Positions 11,928 to 24,200 of a stretch of 64,000 nucleotides of DNA are shown here, in pieces. The notes beneath the pieces were generated by a model, which worked only from the letters and a program-made list of their open reading frames with translations, did no database searches and was not told where the DNA came from. Position 1 is the stretch's first letter. The number at the start of each line of letters is the position of its first letter. This stretch comes from Lingula anatina (lineage: Eukaryota > Animalia > Brachiopoda), in assembly GCA_051362555.1 (NCBI GenBank), contig CM120642.1, forward strand, positions 33,418,001-33,482,000. Reading direction: 5' to 3'. Made by a program: the position numbers and the translations under genes.

Positions 11928-14743
11928 TTATAACGATGGGAGTGAAGCGATTTTACTTCTTCTGATAGCGTAATATCTCTTTGGGTATTTTCCGCCGAAA
12001 AATTTCCCGGGTCGTCTGCGCTTGAGTCCGTTTTTCCTCTTCAGGTAGCGGTAACGGAGAAGAGGTTTGGTGGGTTTCTTCATTTTCCTCATCCATCTCA
12101 TCATAGCAGCGGTACCGCCATAAAGCGTCTTCTCTTCTTCAAATCTCTCTTCGTTAAAATATTTGCTGTTTTCGCCATATCTGCAGATTTTTGTGTCCTT
12201 GCAGCATTTTGGGTAGGCCTCGATTTCATTCTCGTCTGCGAGGTAACAGTCCTCCTCCAAAAGGTTAATTCTGTCTTCCATAGTAGTCAGTTTGTTTGGA
12301 CAACTGCAAGTAAAAAAAAGACCAGTTAAGTAAAACTTCATTTGTCTTGGGTAACTATCAGAAGATCAAGTACATCAATTTAGGTTTCTCGAATTGACGA
12401 AAAAGATAAATCTGAACTGTGCATCTATTCAGAAAAGTGTGAGATGTAAAGATTGTTATTCTCTGATTGATGAGACTGCACTGTAACAGAGCTTGAGGAG
12501 GGACCAAGAGATTTCGTTAATACTGCAGCGGCGTCTTGAAAAAAAGATCAGTTTATAAACGTCGTAAAACAAAATTGGTCTCTTGTTTTTTTTATGAATG
12601 GTTTCTGTACATCAAAGCCCGCCCGTGTAAGGTATATCAAAGACATATCTTAATAAGACGTCACAGAGAAATAGAGATTTGTAACGATAGATCATCGATA
12701 ACAACAGCTAAAGAAACATCGGCGTTCATGTTGTGAAGTAAATCCATTGCTTGAAGCCCTTTAATGTCGACTTGGCCAGAGACATGGATTATGAACAATA
12801 TCCACAGGAAGTGTAGTGTGTCTTGCACCCCAGGGTTTGACGTTGCTAGACAGAAACATTAAAAAAAGCTCACCGGAGAACGCGCAGGGGACGCTACTTT
12901 TATTAAACTGATTTCATGCTAGACGCCTACATGTATGTGGCAAATCTTTGGCAAATAATAGAAATAATTCCATTGGCTGTGATTCCATTCAGCTGTAGCC
13001 TGGGTCCTAACAGGGTAATTTGATTTCCTTAAGCAGGACCGTTGAAAGGGCAGAAATGGCTCAAATTAAATCAAAGCGTTTCCGTTCTGACTTTTGTGAA
13101 GGACTGTTTGAAATTACCCACTTTGCCGACATACGATGAACATTTTCTAATTCAACCTTGGAGTGGAAAACTTCAAGTTCTTGACCTTGCGCAATTTTCC
13201 TTACTATTTTCCATAGTGACGGTGTACTTCATTCACTTCTATTTTTAACCCCAATCTACATAATTTCCCTCCACAGTTTCTAAACCGCATATTTTTTAAA
13301 GGTCCACACCTTCTTATGTACTTGACCTCACATATTTCAAATAACACGTTTTCCTCCATTTAAGGGCGTACTCCACTTCCGACCTTATTACTAATATCTA
13401 TACGTGTAAATCTACATTGTTCCATTGTATACTTGACCTAAGTTGAATAGATTTGCTATGATTGATGGGCGGTGGTTAGACCAATTCCCCATACGTAATT
13501 CCCATACGACAACCAAATTACCTCGAGCTCTGTTACATTATCCGACTTTTTATAAAGCGGCCTAAAATAGTTTGCATTTTATAAGTCACGATATTGATTG
13601 TTATTGTAATAAGCTGGAGATATTAGATGAGTCGGTTTGCGAGGTGTGACGAATTTGTACAGGTTAGTCTTGTACACGAAAGTGAAAATTAATCATATAC
13701 ATACCTCATGCAAACTTCTACTTTGTCGTCGTCACAGTAGCACATGCCACATTGCCCTGGGGGGCTTTGCCTCTCGTATCTCTCCCTCATCCACACGTAC
13801 GACATAGTATCAAGATTACAACCTGAAAACGAAATTGACAACATCAGTGTCAAATTTCACATAACAAAAAATATAATCGCGCTCAAGTCAAACGTTTAAT
13901 GAATAAAATCTGCCGGTTAAAGAACTGGTAGTGGGGTTGGAAAGGGAACGCGCTGTAATAAGATCGTTACACAAACACATCAGCTGAGTTTTTTGTTTTC
14001 CGCCGCAGCATATGTCATTTTCATTACATTCCCCACCAACTGAGCACGGGGCAAACACTCAACCATTTACTTCGCGTGTTTATTCCAATCTACCGGGACT
14101 CTCTCTCCCGCTTCGTATCAAACAATTAATTAATCTTACATGCTCTGAACAAAAGGATTTAAGTGAGTCAAAGGCTCAGACAGGTGATTTAAAGGAAGCT
14201 GGTTGTGAAAAATAACCAAACGTAAAATATTCTATGCATTTGTCTGAGCACTCCTACGTCTTATTGCGTGCCTGCCACTAATCTTTTTGTCCATCTTTTT
14301 TTATTTTCTGAAAGATTTGCAAATGGCTGTCGTGTTCTGTCTCTGTATTTTGATTATCGGGAGGAAGTTGAGAACATTGCAACACTTCAACACGCGCATG
14401 TAATAATTTAGAATGATTGTTCTGGCGGTTGGTGAGTGGGTTAGAACTTCCTGTCTTGCCAATTACATTGTTCTGAATGCCAAGTTGAGCTTTTTGTTCT
14501 CCCACAGTTGCAAAAAGCAAAAAAGGTAAAAAAGTACTTTGCGGTTTTACGCACCACCGGTAAAACAAGTGGTTATTTAAAACCCAAAATGCAGAGACAG
14601 TTTAAATTGTGTTTTAAAGAAAAATAGTAATTGGCAGTAATTGGGCACTTACGTTTTCCGGTGTAGTCCACATCTGAGAGCACGAACCTCGGCAAGACAA
14701 GCACGAGGAGCGTAGACAGGAACATTCCAATATCACACTGCAT
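11928..14743 (-). CDS. Secreted ~194-aa cysteine-rich protein: single VWC (SVWC)-like domain plus cationic C-terminal tail
   Basis: Three coding exons 14743-14653, 13822-13705 and 12303-11928 join in frame (phases 1, 2). Signal peptide MQCDIGMFLSTLLVLVLPRFVLS, then 10 Cys (RC..QCGMCYC..VCMSC..DC..YPKCC..IC), with YPxCC typical of SVWC proteins, then an acidic linker and a K/R-rich tail. Confidence 0.85.
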
Positions 14744-15131
14744 GGTTACGGCTTGCGAACTCTTCTTCACAACTTGACTTTTAAACTGGGTTTCTGATCT
14801 TTGAGATTTATGTCTGAAAAGTAAAAAATATAATATTTAGTTTAAGGAGTCATGAAAACAATACCAGTTCCATTTTAACTCATTTTAAGCTACGCCTCGT
14901 AATAGAGTAGCTTAGACATTAAAAACCGCTGTCCACTGCCTTTCTTTCCATCGACGTTCTTTATCATTCATATAAAAAAGGCTGGCAGGAAAAAAGCCAC
15001 AATAACTTCAAACATCGATCAAATAAACCCAAATTAAATCTAAAAATGTCTAGTACACTAAAATCCCTAGCAATAACCACAGAAAGTAAAACACGTTGTT
15101 CAATGTAATCCACACAGTTACTATGTCGTAC

Positions 15132-15192
15132 CTCTCAGTCCTGCTGCTGAATGATTTCTGAATGAACTACTACTAGAGCGCGGCTTTATATA
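15132..15192 (-). promoter_or_regulatory. TATA/Inr core promoter and short non-coding first exon of the SVWC-like gene
   Basis: Minus strand TATATAAAG (15192-15184), Inr-like TCATTC ~30 nt downstream (~15165-15160), donor GAG|GTACG at 15132/15131, and an acceptor ending at 14814 upstream of the ATG-containing exon. Confidence 0.55.
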
Positions 15193-18145
15193 CCCGTATG
15201 AATGGAATTCCTGGCGGTTTTTTACTTCACACGGTATGTGACCCCTAGCTGAGTTTGTGGGGACCAACAAATTAGGGATAACAAATAGTTCCGGATGTTT
15301 CATCGACGGAAACAGCCGAAGATCGCCGAACCCTTTTCGCTGTTTGAGTGGGTCACGTGATATTTCTGTTTTTGGCAATGTTTTACATAAAGAGCCCTTG
15401 TTCAGTCAGTGCCGAGCAGTATTTCCTTTCAAATGAGTACTCTTTTCATGTTCCCGTTTGGGTCTAAGTGGCTCAACTGTGGCTAATATTCCACTGAGCG
15501 TAGTAGAATGACGATTAATTTTGACATCATAGGTGACAGGAATAGATTATCTCTGAAAATAGCTCGGAAGTGAGCTCTCTTGACGTGGTATACTCATTAC
15601 AGGGGGAGCGAACAACAACGGGATGGTTAGATAAAAGGAAAAGTTATTTTTAGACAAAATTAGCCACACATTTGTTTAGCAAAATTACTCTTCACAATAC
15701 GCCATAATCCGAATCTTTTTTTAACGCCTGGTGCACGGTGTGCTGGTCCGTGTTACTTTTTCTCCCTGCTTAAAGTGTGGTTTATATTACAGCGGAGGAA
15801 ACCACTCAATGAAAACAAAACATCATTTTCTGGTCAAGATTAGTCCTCCGCGTAGAGTGCATGCCGCGCATGCCAATTTTTACGAGGCGCACGCGCGAGC
15901 ATATTGCGCGCAGACGACATGGTTCTAACTTTAGACAGAGTTTAAAGTAAGGGACAGATTTGCTGTTGGTACTCGTGTCGTCAGTGTTGTTTTCTAAACA
16001 CACTGCTTAACATTCTTGAAAGAAAAACTTGGTCACAGAAGTAAACTTTTTTAAGAGTAAGGGATTTTTTCTCACCAAAAAGAGATGAAAGAAATAGAGT
16101 ATATGGTTTATATTTAGGGTTGGGCCAGGGTGCTGAAAGCAGGCTATCTCTGAATCAAAATAACTTTGTTTATCAGATTTTTCTCACATAAATCCGCATA
16201 AACTGTAAACATGGCTGTGGTAAGACCGGCATCGAATTATCTTCTTTGTCAGGCCTTCTGCGGTCTATTTATTGAGGTAAAGAGAACTCTGATTGTTTGT
16301 AAACTCAGTAAAGTGTTAAGTCAATAACGTGGGAATCTTGAGGGTATTGATTCATTTCTGTTACACAGGACACTTGAGTTTTTAGGGCATTCATGTGATG
16401 ATGACCTTGTATCTGAGGCTACAGGGGTTGTTTGTAACATTCCAGGAGATAATCAATTTTAGAGTAATATTTCCTCAACTGCGTGGGTCATTTTATCTCT
16501 CAGGTTGGTGCAGCTGACACCTGTCTCCCGCGGCTGAGATCTTGTAGCTGACCAGCTATGGTACAATACACATATTTCATTTCAAATAAATATGTCAAAT
16601 ATCGGAATGTTGTTTATGAAACCTTACTAACTGAAAAATCCATCGGTTCTCATTAAACCAATTGGCATTTAAATTTGTGAGTGAAATAGTCATACCAATA
16701 CCATGCATAAAACCATCAAGTTAGCACAGTCGTGATTCCGAAATTTAAGATAGTGAAATAGGACCTAGTCCTTTTTACAGACCAAGAAGCCCCCTAAACA
16801 CACCTTGTTGCACGATCCTCGCTATTCACATGCCTGTTGGTACGATACAACGTATCGACAATATCTATCCTATGTACGGTATGTAGAGATTGTTGTATAG
16901 AGCTAAGCCAACACCACAACGGCGAGGATCCCGACGCGTTTCAAGCCCGATAACTTCATAAGAAACCGCTACAAATCGGGTTAAGTGCTTGTGTAACAAA
17001 TAATGAACAAATTCAACGACCGCCACAACATCCTGTGCTGCAAATGTTTCGTTTCTGCTAGGCAAACTGAGTAATTTACAGCGGAAATACCGTGATTTTA
17101 TCAAGGTAAAAGAAATACACCGCCACATTACACTTTGATCTATCTTCATTGAGAAAACAGGTAGTAAGAAAAGGAGCAAGACCTCTCCGCGTGTATCGTA
17201 TGGTTTAGTGGGGCGGAACGTCTAGAAACATCAGCAGCTACCTGTAGCTGCGGTGGATTAGGGGCCGTCTTCCAGCGTTTTCTGGAAGACCGTGAGATAC
17301 GGTAGCAGTGTCGTCTTAAAAGAAACATGTGTCTACTGGCGTTCTGTCCCCTTCAAAGTATTGCAATACTTTCTCCGTCTAGCTGTTGCCGTAATGTTCT
17401 TATACATGTATTACATAGAATTTTCGCTTGGATAAAAGAGCAAGTGAGATATGTTTTCTCATAATTTGTTTACTTATAAGGACTCTAGCTGCATGTAGAA
17501 ATAATATGCATTTTTGTTTTTAAAAGTTTCCGTAGACTCCACAACAAGGTTTCCTATTGCACTCAAACACCTCAATCAAATACGAGTGGATTCCCTATTG
17601 TTCGCTTCCATCTAATCAATTGACTAATCCACTCACGTTATTGTCAAAAGCATATACAGTGTAACCAATAAGCTTTTGTTCATAAATGAAAAATGATGAT
17701 TCAATCTAATCGGATACTGGTGCTTTTTATGACTTAATGTCTGCAATAAGAGAAGGTGTCTCCTATTATTTGTCTGGCGTCACACCTCAAGTTGTATGAG
17801 GACCAATTCGTCAAACATCACTCTCTGTTAACAAATGGCATAAATATTTTAGATTTAAATTTAGGGAAGATTTAAATTGGCCAAAGTGCAAACTGCAATA
17901 TTTATCTATTGTATTCCAAAATTGATGATATATTTTATTGTATAAGAGAGGTAGCATAGCCCTTGCTTGTAGAAGTGTATTGATGTAGCCTACATACACG
18001 TGTTTATTTGTATGAGTTAGGAAATAGAAAATATTATGAACAATAAAAGTTCTGTTGCACCTTTCATCTAAGATGTCATTTTATTCTACCAGTTTTACTA
18101 CATGACGGCTGCATTCTCCTCCACTGTTCCTCTGAACTAAATGAA

Positions 18146-18146
18146 T

Positions 18147-18190
<44 letters not shown>

Positions 18191-18201
18191 TAGAGAGAGA
18201 G
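18146..18201. repeat. (TG)n(AG)n compound microsatellite
   Basis: Visible directly. Confidence 0.9.
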
Positions 18202-21200
18202 CTCTGGTCGGTATTAAAATACCAACCACTGAGTTTTAAACGCCCTCACATTTCTCGAACGCTGCTCAAAAATTGAGAACAGTTTCATTTCAAATTTGTG
18301 TCAGTATGTTGAGTTTTAAACTATGCAATATCTTGGCTGAAAAAAACGTCTTCCTGGTGCATGCGCTCGCGGCTGCAGGTGTTGAGAGTGTTCCCAATGT
18401 AGACACGCGACCAGCGACCAGGAACAAAATTGTTCGAGCAAGAATGATGCAAGAATTGAAGCGGATTAACAGATCCTTCTTTACGAGAAAACACGGCCTT
18501 AAATCAAATCAAATGATGTTTATGAGAAGTTAAAAAAATTAAAAAAATTAAAAAAAAAAAAAAAATTGCCCATGCCAACTCCGCTTCCCTCTTCAGCGCA
18601 TTAATCTTATCTAATGGAATACTCGCACAACAAGCAGAAGTTAATGATTAACATCAGTTCATTTTATTGAACGCTCCTCTCTGCACGCGATTGCAGGATG
18701 CCCATTCATTTGCAGTATAGATTCATTCAGGACAGAAAAAAGCGACATTAAGAAATACATGACTCTTCAAAAATCGGGTTCAATTTTTGTGTATAAAATT
18801 TATGTTGATTTTAACATTTTGGTAACGCACTTCATCTTAAAGGGAAACTATTGTCCCACATGTCATTTTATACAAACAACTTCCTCATTTTGATACATTT
18901 TTAAAAAGACAAAGACACACCTAAATAGAGTCCTCATATTTATGCTGTCTACACTTTCCGAATATTGCTGCTAATTGTCGAGACGTACCTGAAAACATGT
19001 GATTACACAGCTTCTATGGGGATATTTGATCACAAATCATCGCATTAGTTCTGATATAGTTAGGAAGAGTGGTTTTGTCGTGGCGTCTTGCAGGACGGAG
19101 ACATCGCTCTCACTAGGGTCACATGGTGCTTTGCCTTTGTAATACCCAGACGCCAGATCAGGAACAAAACGTCCCTCACGACCAGAATCAAGACAGAATT
19201 TGTTGTGTTTAAATGAAAACAAAGACATTTCAACACGCGCGTGTGTCAAATAAATGGAACCCGTGGAAGAAAAGCAGATGTTTTAACGCGTGGCTTAGTA
19301 AGGCAATTTTGGAATTTGTTCAAAGGACCAGCCCGTTTGTTTGACAGTACAGATGACTCCGGTTGTGATCAGATGAGACGTGACAGGGAGTTCTTCTCAG
19401 CCTATTTGCCACAATCGACAATATAAAGATAACTTGAAATAGGACATTAAATTTGGCAAACTATTTCCAACTTAAAAAAAAACAGAGCATTATGATGGAA
19501 AACAGTTACAATGCGAGTGTCATGCATATGGGATAGTGACATTATTTCTATTCCCGCTCTTTGACATCAGTGACGTGTTAAATCCTAAGTATAAAACAAA
19601 GAAAATAGATAAATGAATAAAAGATTAATATCAAACTTCACTGTCTATGCTGTAGAGAGAAACAATCTATGGCCTACCCTCTTAAGTTTGTTAAATAAGT
19701 ACCAACTTCTTGGAATGGATACTTTGTGTTGACATGACTGGGATAAAAATAGACTAATACATTCTTGGTAAGCCCCATCTTCGGAACTGGCAGTCCCGGA
19801 ACAAAAATTATCAATCAATCAAAACAAAAATGACCGCCAAGTGTTTCCTAGTACTTCGAGATAATTCTTGTATTTTTCGCGCTCTTTTGCACATAGCATT
19901 GGAATTGTCAAAACGGTTTCTGAGTAAGAATAAATGGCATTGATTGTTTCACTTTTCCTACACCTTGCATTTCCTATTCCATAAAGGCCACTTAAGGCCT
20001 GAGTTAGTATAAATAATTGGATCAACCTGATAATAATTTCATCTACGTAAGAAAAATTGAAATGGGCTTCCTTTCAACCCAAATATCTTTGAGCTTACGT
20101 CGAGTAATTTCCAACAACTTACTCATAAAACGTATATTTGAAGCCGTTAGACTCTCTGAAAACACCAAATTGTGGGTAAAGTGCCCTTTGATATCAAAGG
20201 CCCCTAAATAGAATACAAAATAAAAGTACAACACACACAATAATTTGACGCTGTGGCCAGAGAGCATGGGTAATGATGATATGTACGGACAGTGCCTATG
20301 ATGCAAACATGGTATCCTTAGGAGATTGGCTCGTTCGCTTCACATATAAGTAAATAAATACCTTGCAAACATGACAGAACTTAAAGAAGAATAACCAATA
20401 AAGAATTGAACCCTAAATTCAGATAATGAATTAGAGGTTTACGGCTAACCTACACGTAAGCATGCGTATATACAATGTGTTGAACACAAATGGTACCAAT
20501 GTAAATTTGACATGATTAAGGACATCCATTGCGGTCCATCAAAGTGACTCAATCAAGGAAAATCACGACAGGTGTCCGGCCTTGGACCTACATATGGTAA
20601 TCTTAAAGATGAATAAAATGATTATTACAAACTTTCCCGTTTGCATTCACTGTATGGGTTTAATAAAAACGCCCAGAAAACATAATTCTAATTCTTCCTA
20701 TTGATTTACTATATATGTCGTATCATGTATCAAACTTTTAAATCCATTTTAACCACTGTCAAACACGTTGGTATTTTTCTTTTTTTTTTCAGAACGTGAT
20801 GGTATTTTGCATTTGAAAAAAATCCCCGCTGTTGCATAAGTGATATGCGAACCATTTATGCAAAAAAAGATGTAGATTAATGGCAATTGTTCGTTGTGAA
20901 AGCATCCCTGAAATGTGTGTGGTTATTGAGTAAACCGGTCACCATTGATTTCCCTTTTTCAATCAGACGGATGACCCTCCTGGGAGAGTTGAATAGTTGT
21001 CACTGTGGATATCTGCCAACTCCCTCGATTTACGACTGTTTTATGTGGAATTGTGGTAGGATATTACTTAAGGTTTGATCTTTATTTCCTAACAAGTCAT
21101 CGGAAATAATTACGGTTTATATCCTAATTAAGGCGGTGATTCTTGCACAGACGCGGGAAAGTGTGGGCAAAAGCTGCCACATGGCTGACTGCCAGATATT

Positions 21201-24200
21201 GCCAATATGAAAAAAGTTTCCGGAACAAGAACTATTTGCCAATATCGAGTGATACATTTTTGTCTCGTAAATCATACCAGTAACATATCTGGCACTTGCA
21301 GAGGTGGTAATATGCAGAGTATTTGTTTAGGTTACACCACCTTAGGGTAGGATTCTCCAATAATAATGTCGACGACCCCAAACATGTTCCGAGTAGTTGT
21401 TTATTGTTTAAAGTGTTTGTTGATTTGGTGTATAAGCAACGCTTACGATTGCTAACAAAATGGAGACTCTGTTTTGTCTTTTTGTGTCACAACGGCTCGT
21501 TTTTTTTTTTGTGAGATATATGATATTTCAAATGTGGTGTTTTAGAAAAAAAGGTCTTTTAAACGGGATCATATAAAGTTTCATCCCAGTATCCCAGTAT
21601 TCGTATCAAGCATACTGTTACATATATTCTGTAAGTCTGTTACGTGTGCGAATTTTGCGAAGCGTGCCTTATAATAAAATCTGATCTGTTCCCATTAAAG
21701 GAATTTGACAGTTTCCTATGCGAGAACAAAAGCACATTTAAGTATGACAGCACTTTGTCTCTAGTATTACATTTGATCAAACAAGCCTTTTAAATAGGGT
21801 TCAGAAATGAACTTATAGAGTAATGATAGACTGAAGTAAATCCTGCATCCCAGTACTGTTAATAGATTGTTGGCAGAATACATTTGAAAGATGATCGACC
21901 AACAGCAAATTGATTTTTAAATCAGAATTGAATTTGTATACTGTGTGTTTACCAGTATGCAGCGTGCACACGGTCCAGTCATCTCAAGTATGTACCTGAA
22001 GATATGCCCTAATACATACCGAAATACATACTTGCGATAAATAATCAATACAAGGAAGACAATATCACAAGAGAGACAAAACGGTGTGGTACAAGTCAAC
22101 ACATAGTGGGGGGCCAAATTTGGCGTCATACTTTAAAGGTGCGAACTGGGCCTCCCGCTGGCAAATTCTCCTTGATTGATAGCCTCTAGCAGGCTGTGGG
22201 CGTACAGCTATGGGGCTATTGCTAGTCATGCTTGACCTAAAATTACACATTGTTTTATTTATATGAGTTTCTCCCTAAGGTACCATTGTACAGACAGTTC
22301 CAGGAACTTAGCGGGTAGACAAAGTTTACCGTTTTTGTCACACGTTGACGTGTGAAAGAGACACACGTAGCTTAACACTCTCCTTGAGATACCTTCTGTA
22401 ATTGTAACTAATTAAGATGACATATTAGCATATCTCAACACAACGTGGCGATCCATCAATTTTGTTTACCTAGACTCAGAATCAAATGTTTAATTTTTCC
22501 ACTAACGACGCGGAAGATTTCACAATTTAAGTCTTTTTTCACAACACATAAGAACTTACAATTCATTGATACAGAAACATCTCCCAGACGTTGACCACAT
22601 AAAGAACGGCGTAGTTTCCCCTCAAAATCATCAATATTTTCGAAAAACTAAATGAAAGAAGTACCCCTTGGCCAGTTTTTTATATGTTCCAGTATGGAAA
22701 AACAACAACAACTAGCTGTTTTACCTGTTATGCTAAGTTCTGAGAAAACGATGATTTATTCACCACTCAGCTGTAAAACTAGGCCACGCTTGAAATTGTA
22801 AGATTTATTAAGGGAAAATATTCCGATGGTTTTATCTTGGTAGGGGACATGTCTGATTTGGCAGAAGTTAAAAGGGCTAGTCTAACCTTGGTGATCTTCT
22901 GCGGGCCAGGATAGGAACCAGTCAAAGTAAATTTCCAGGATGCATTGGGGCTATTAGTCTGGAATGCTAATAGGAATTAGCACATGTCACAATTATTATG
23001 ATTCTTTATGTTTCTAAATTATAACTGAACTTCTGATATCATAGTTCTTGTACTACATGCTCCTAACAAAAATAGAAATAAAGGCACCAATGATGCTTAC
23101 ACCCGGTGAGGTATCTGGGGACATTGACAAGCAATTTTTTAACAAGATCATCGTGTCATGTAGTCACGAGTCATCAGAACCGAATCACCAGACGCAGAGT
23201 ACCGCAGAAAAAAAGGTTTCTAGGAAAGGCAAAATACTTATCATCACAATCGATTCATGCACGCGCGATGATGCCTTTCCGAGGGGTGCGATGTCCGAGG
23301 TTTTTCTATGAAGTCTTTCAAAACACCAATGGTGTATCTAAAGCCCTCAGCACTTCCTTGTTGACATTAGTAACTCGGTTCATATCCAAAACAATAGACT
23401 CATTTACGAATACTTAATCGGCAAGATAACAAATAATTGCCCCCTTTTGTATGAAAACACGAGCTAAATGTTGGAATGTTGGCACTGTATGGTGCAACAG
23501 AACATAACAACAAATATTTGTACAAAAACGATAAAATTTCAATGAAATACCATACTTTCATGAAAACCGCAAATCGATTGAACATATTGATTTTAGAATC
23601 TTTCAGTTGTTATGGTTTCAGATATATTTGAATATCTCACATAATGTCGTTCTTTTCACCAAGCACTTAATATTGATACTTGAGAAAGATCACGGTACCC
23701 ATGTATCTTAAAACCAACATTTTTGGTACATAATGATGAGTGAGTATCGTAAATGTCGGGAAAGATTTGAAGAAAGACACGCTGTTATTGTCCTGTCGTT
23801 AATCTTGACAACCACACACACTGTCCTCAAAACGGAATGCTATTCTAAATATGTTTTTGTCTCTTTTTTCTGTCAGACTCCATCAACATATTTGTTTTCT
23901 CTGTCAGGTAATGCCCTCCTGTTAACGTTATGGTCTACCACTGGCTACATTATCAGTGTGTAGGATTTGGCTCGATAAACCTTGTGAAACACCACAAATA
24001 TGCCGAGGATGGCAAAAGATAATTGATTAAATACATCACTAAGACCGAAATAGTAAACGTTCTACACCTACATTGTTTTTCATCGAACAAGAATAGCCAA
24101 AAAATAACAAATTGTCACCTACTAATAGGATCTAGGATGTTCTAGGAAATCGAATGGAAAGCACATTATAGCCTCGTTCTGAGAATTAAAACAGGACTTC

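Noticed and set aside
15628-16176. Possible degenerate TIR element (ATAAA..AAAGTTATTTT / AAAATAACTTT..TTTAT)
   Set aside because: The arm match is short and AT-rich and no TSD is visible; not supportable without a repeat library.
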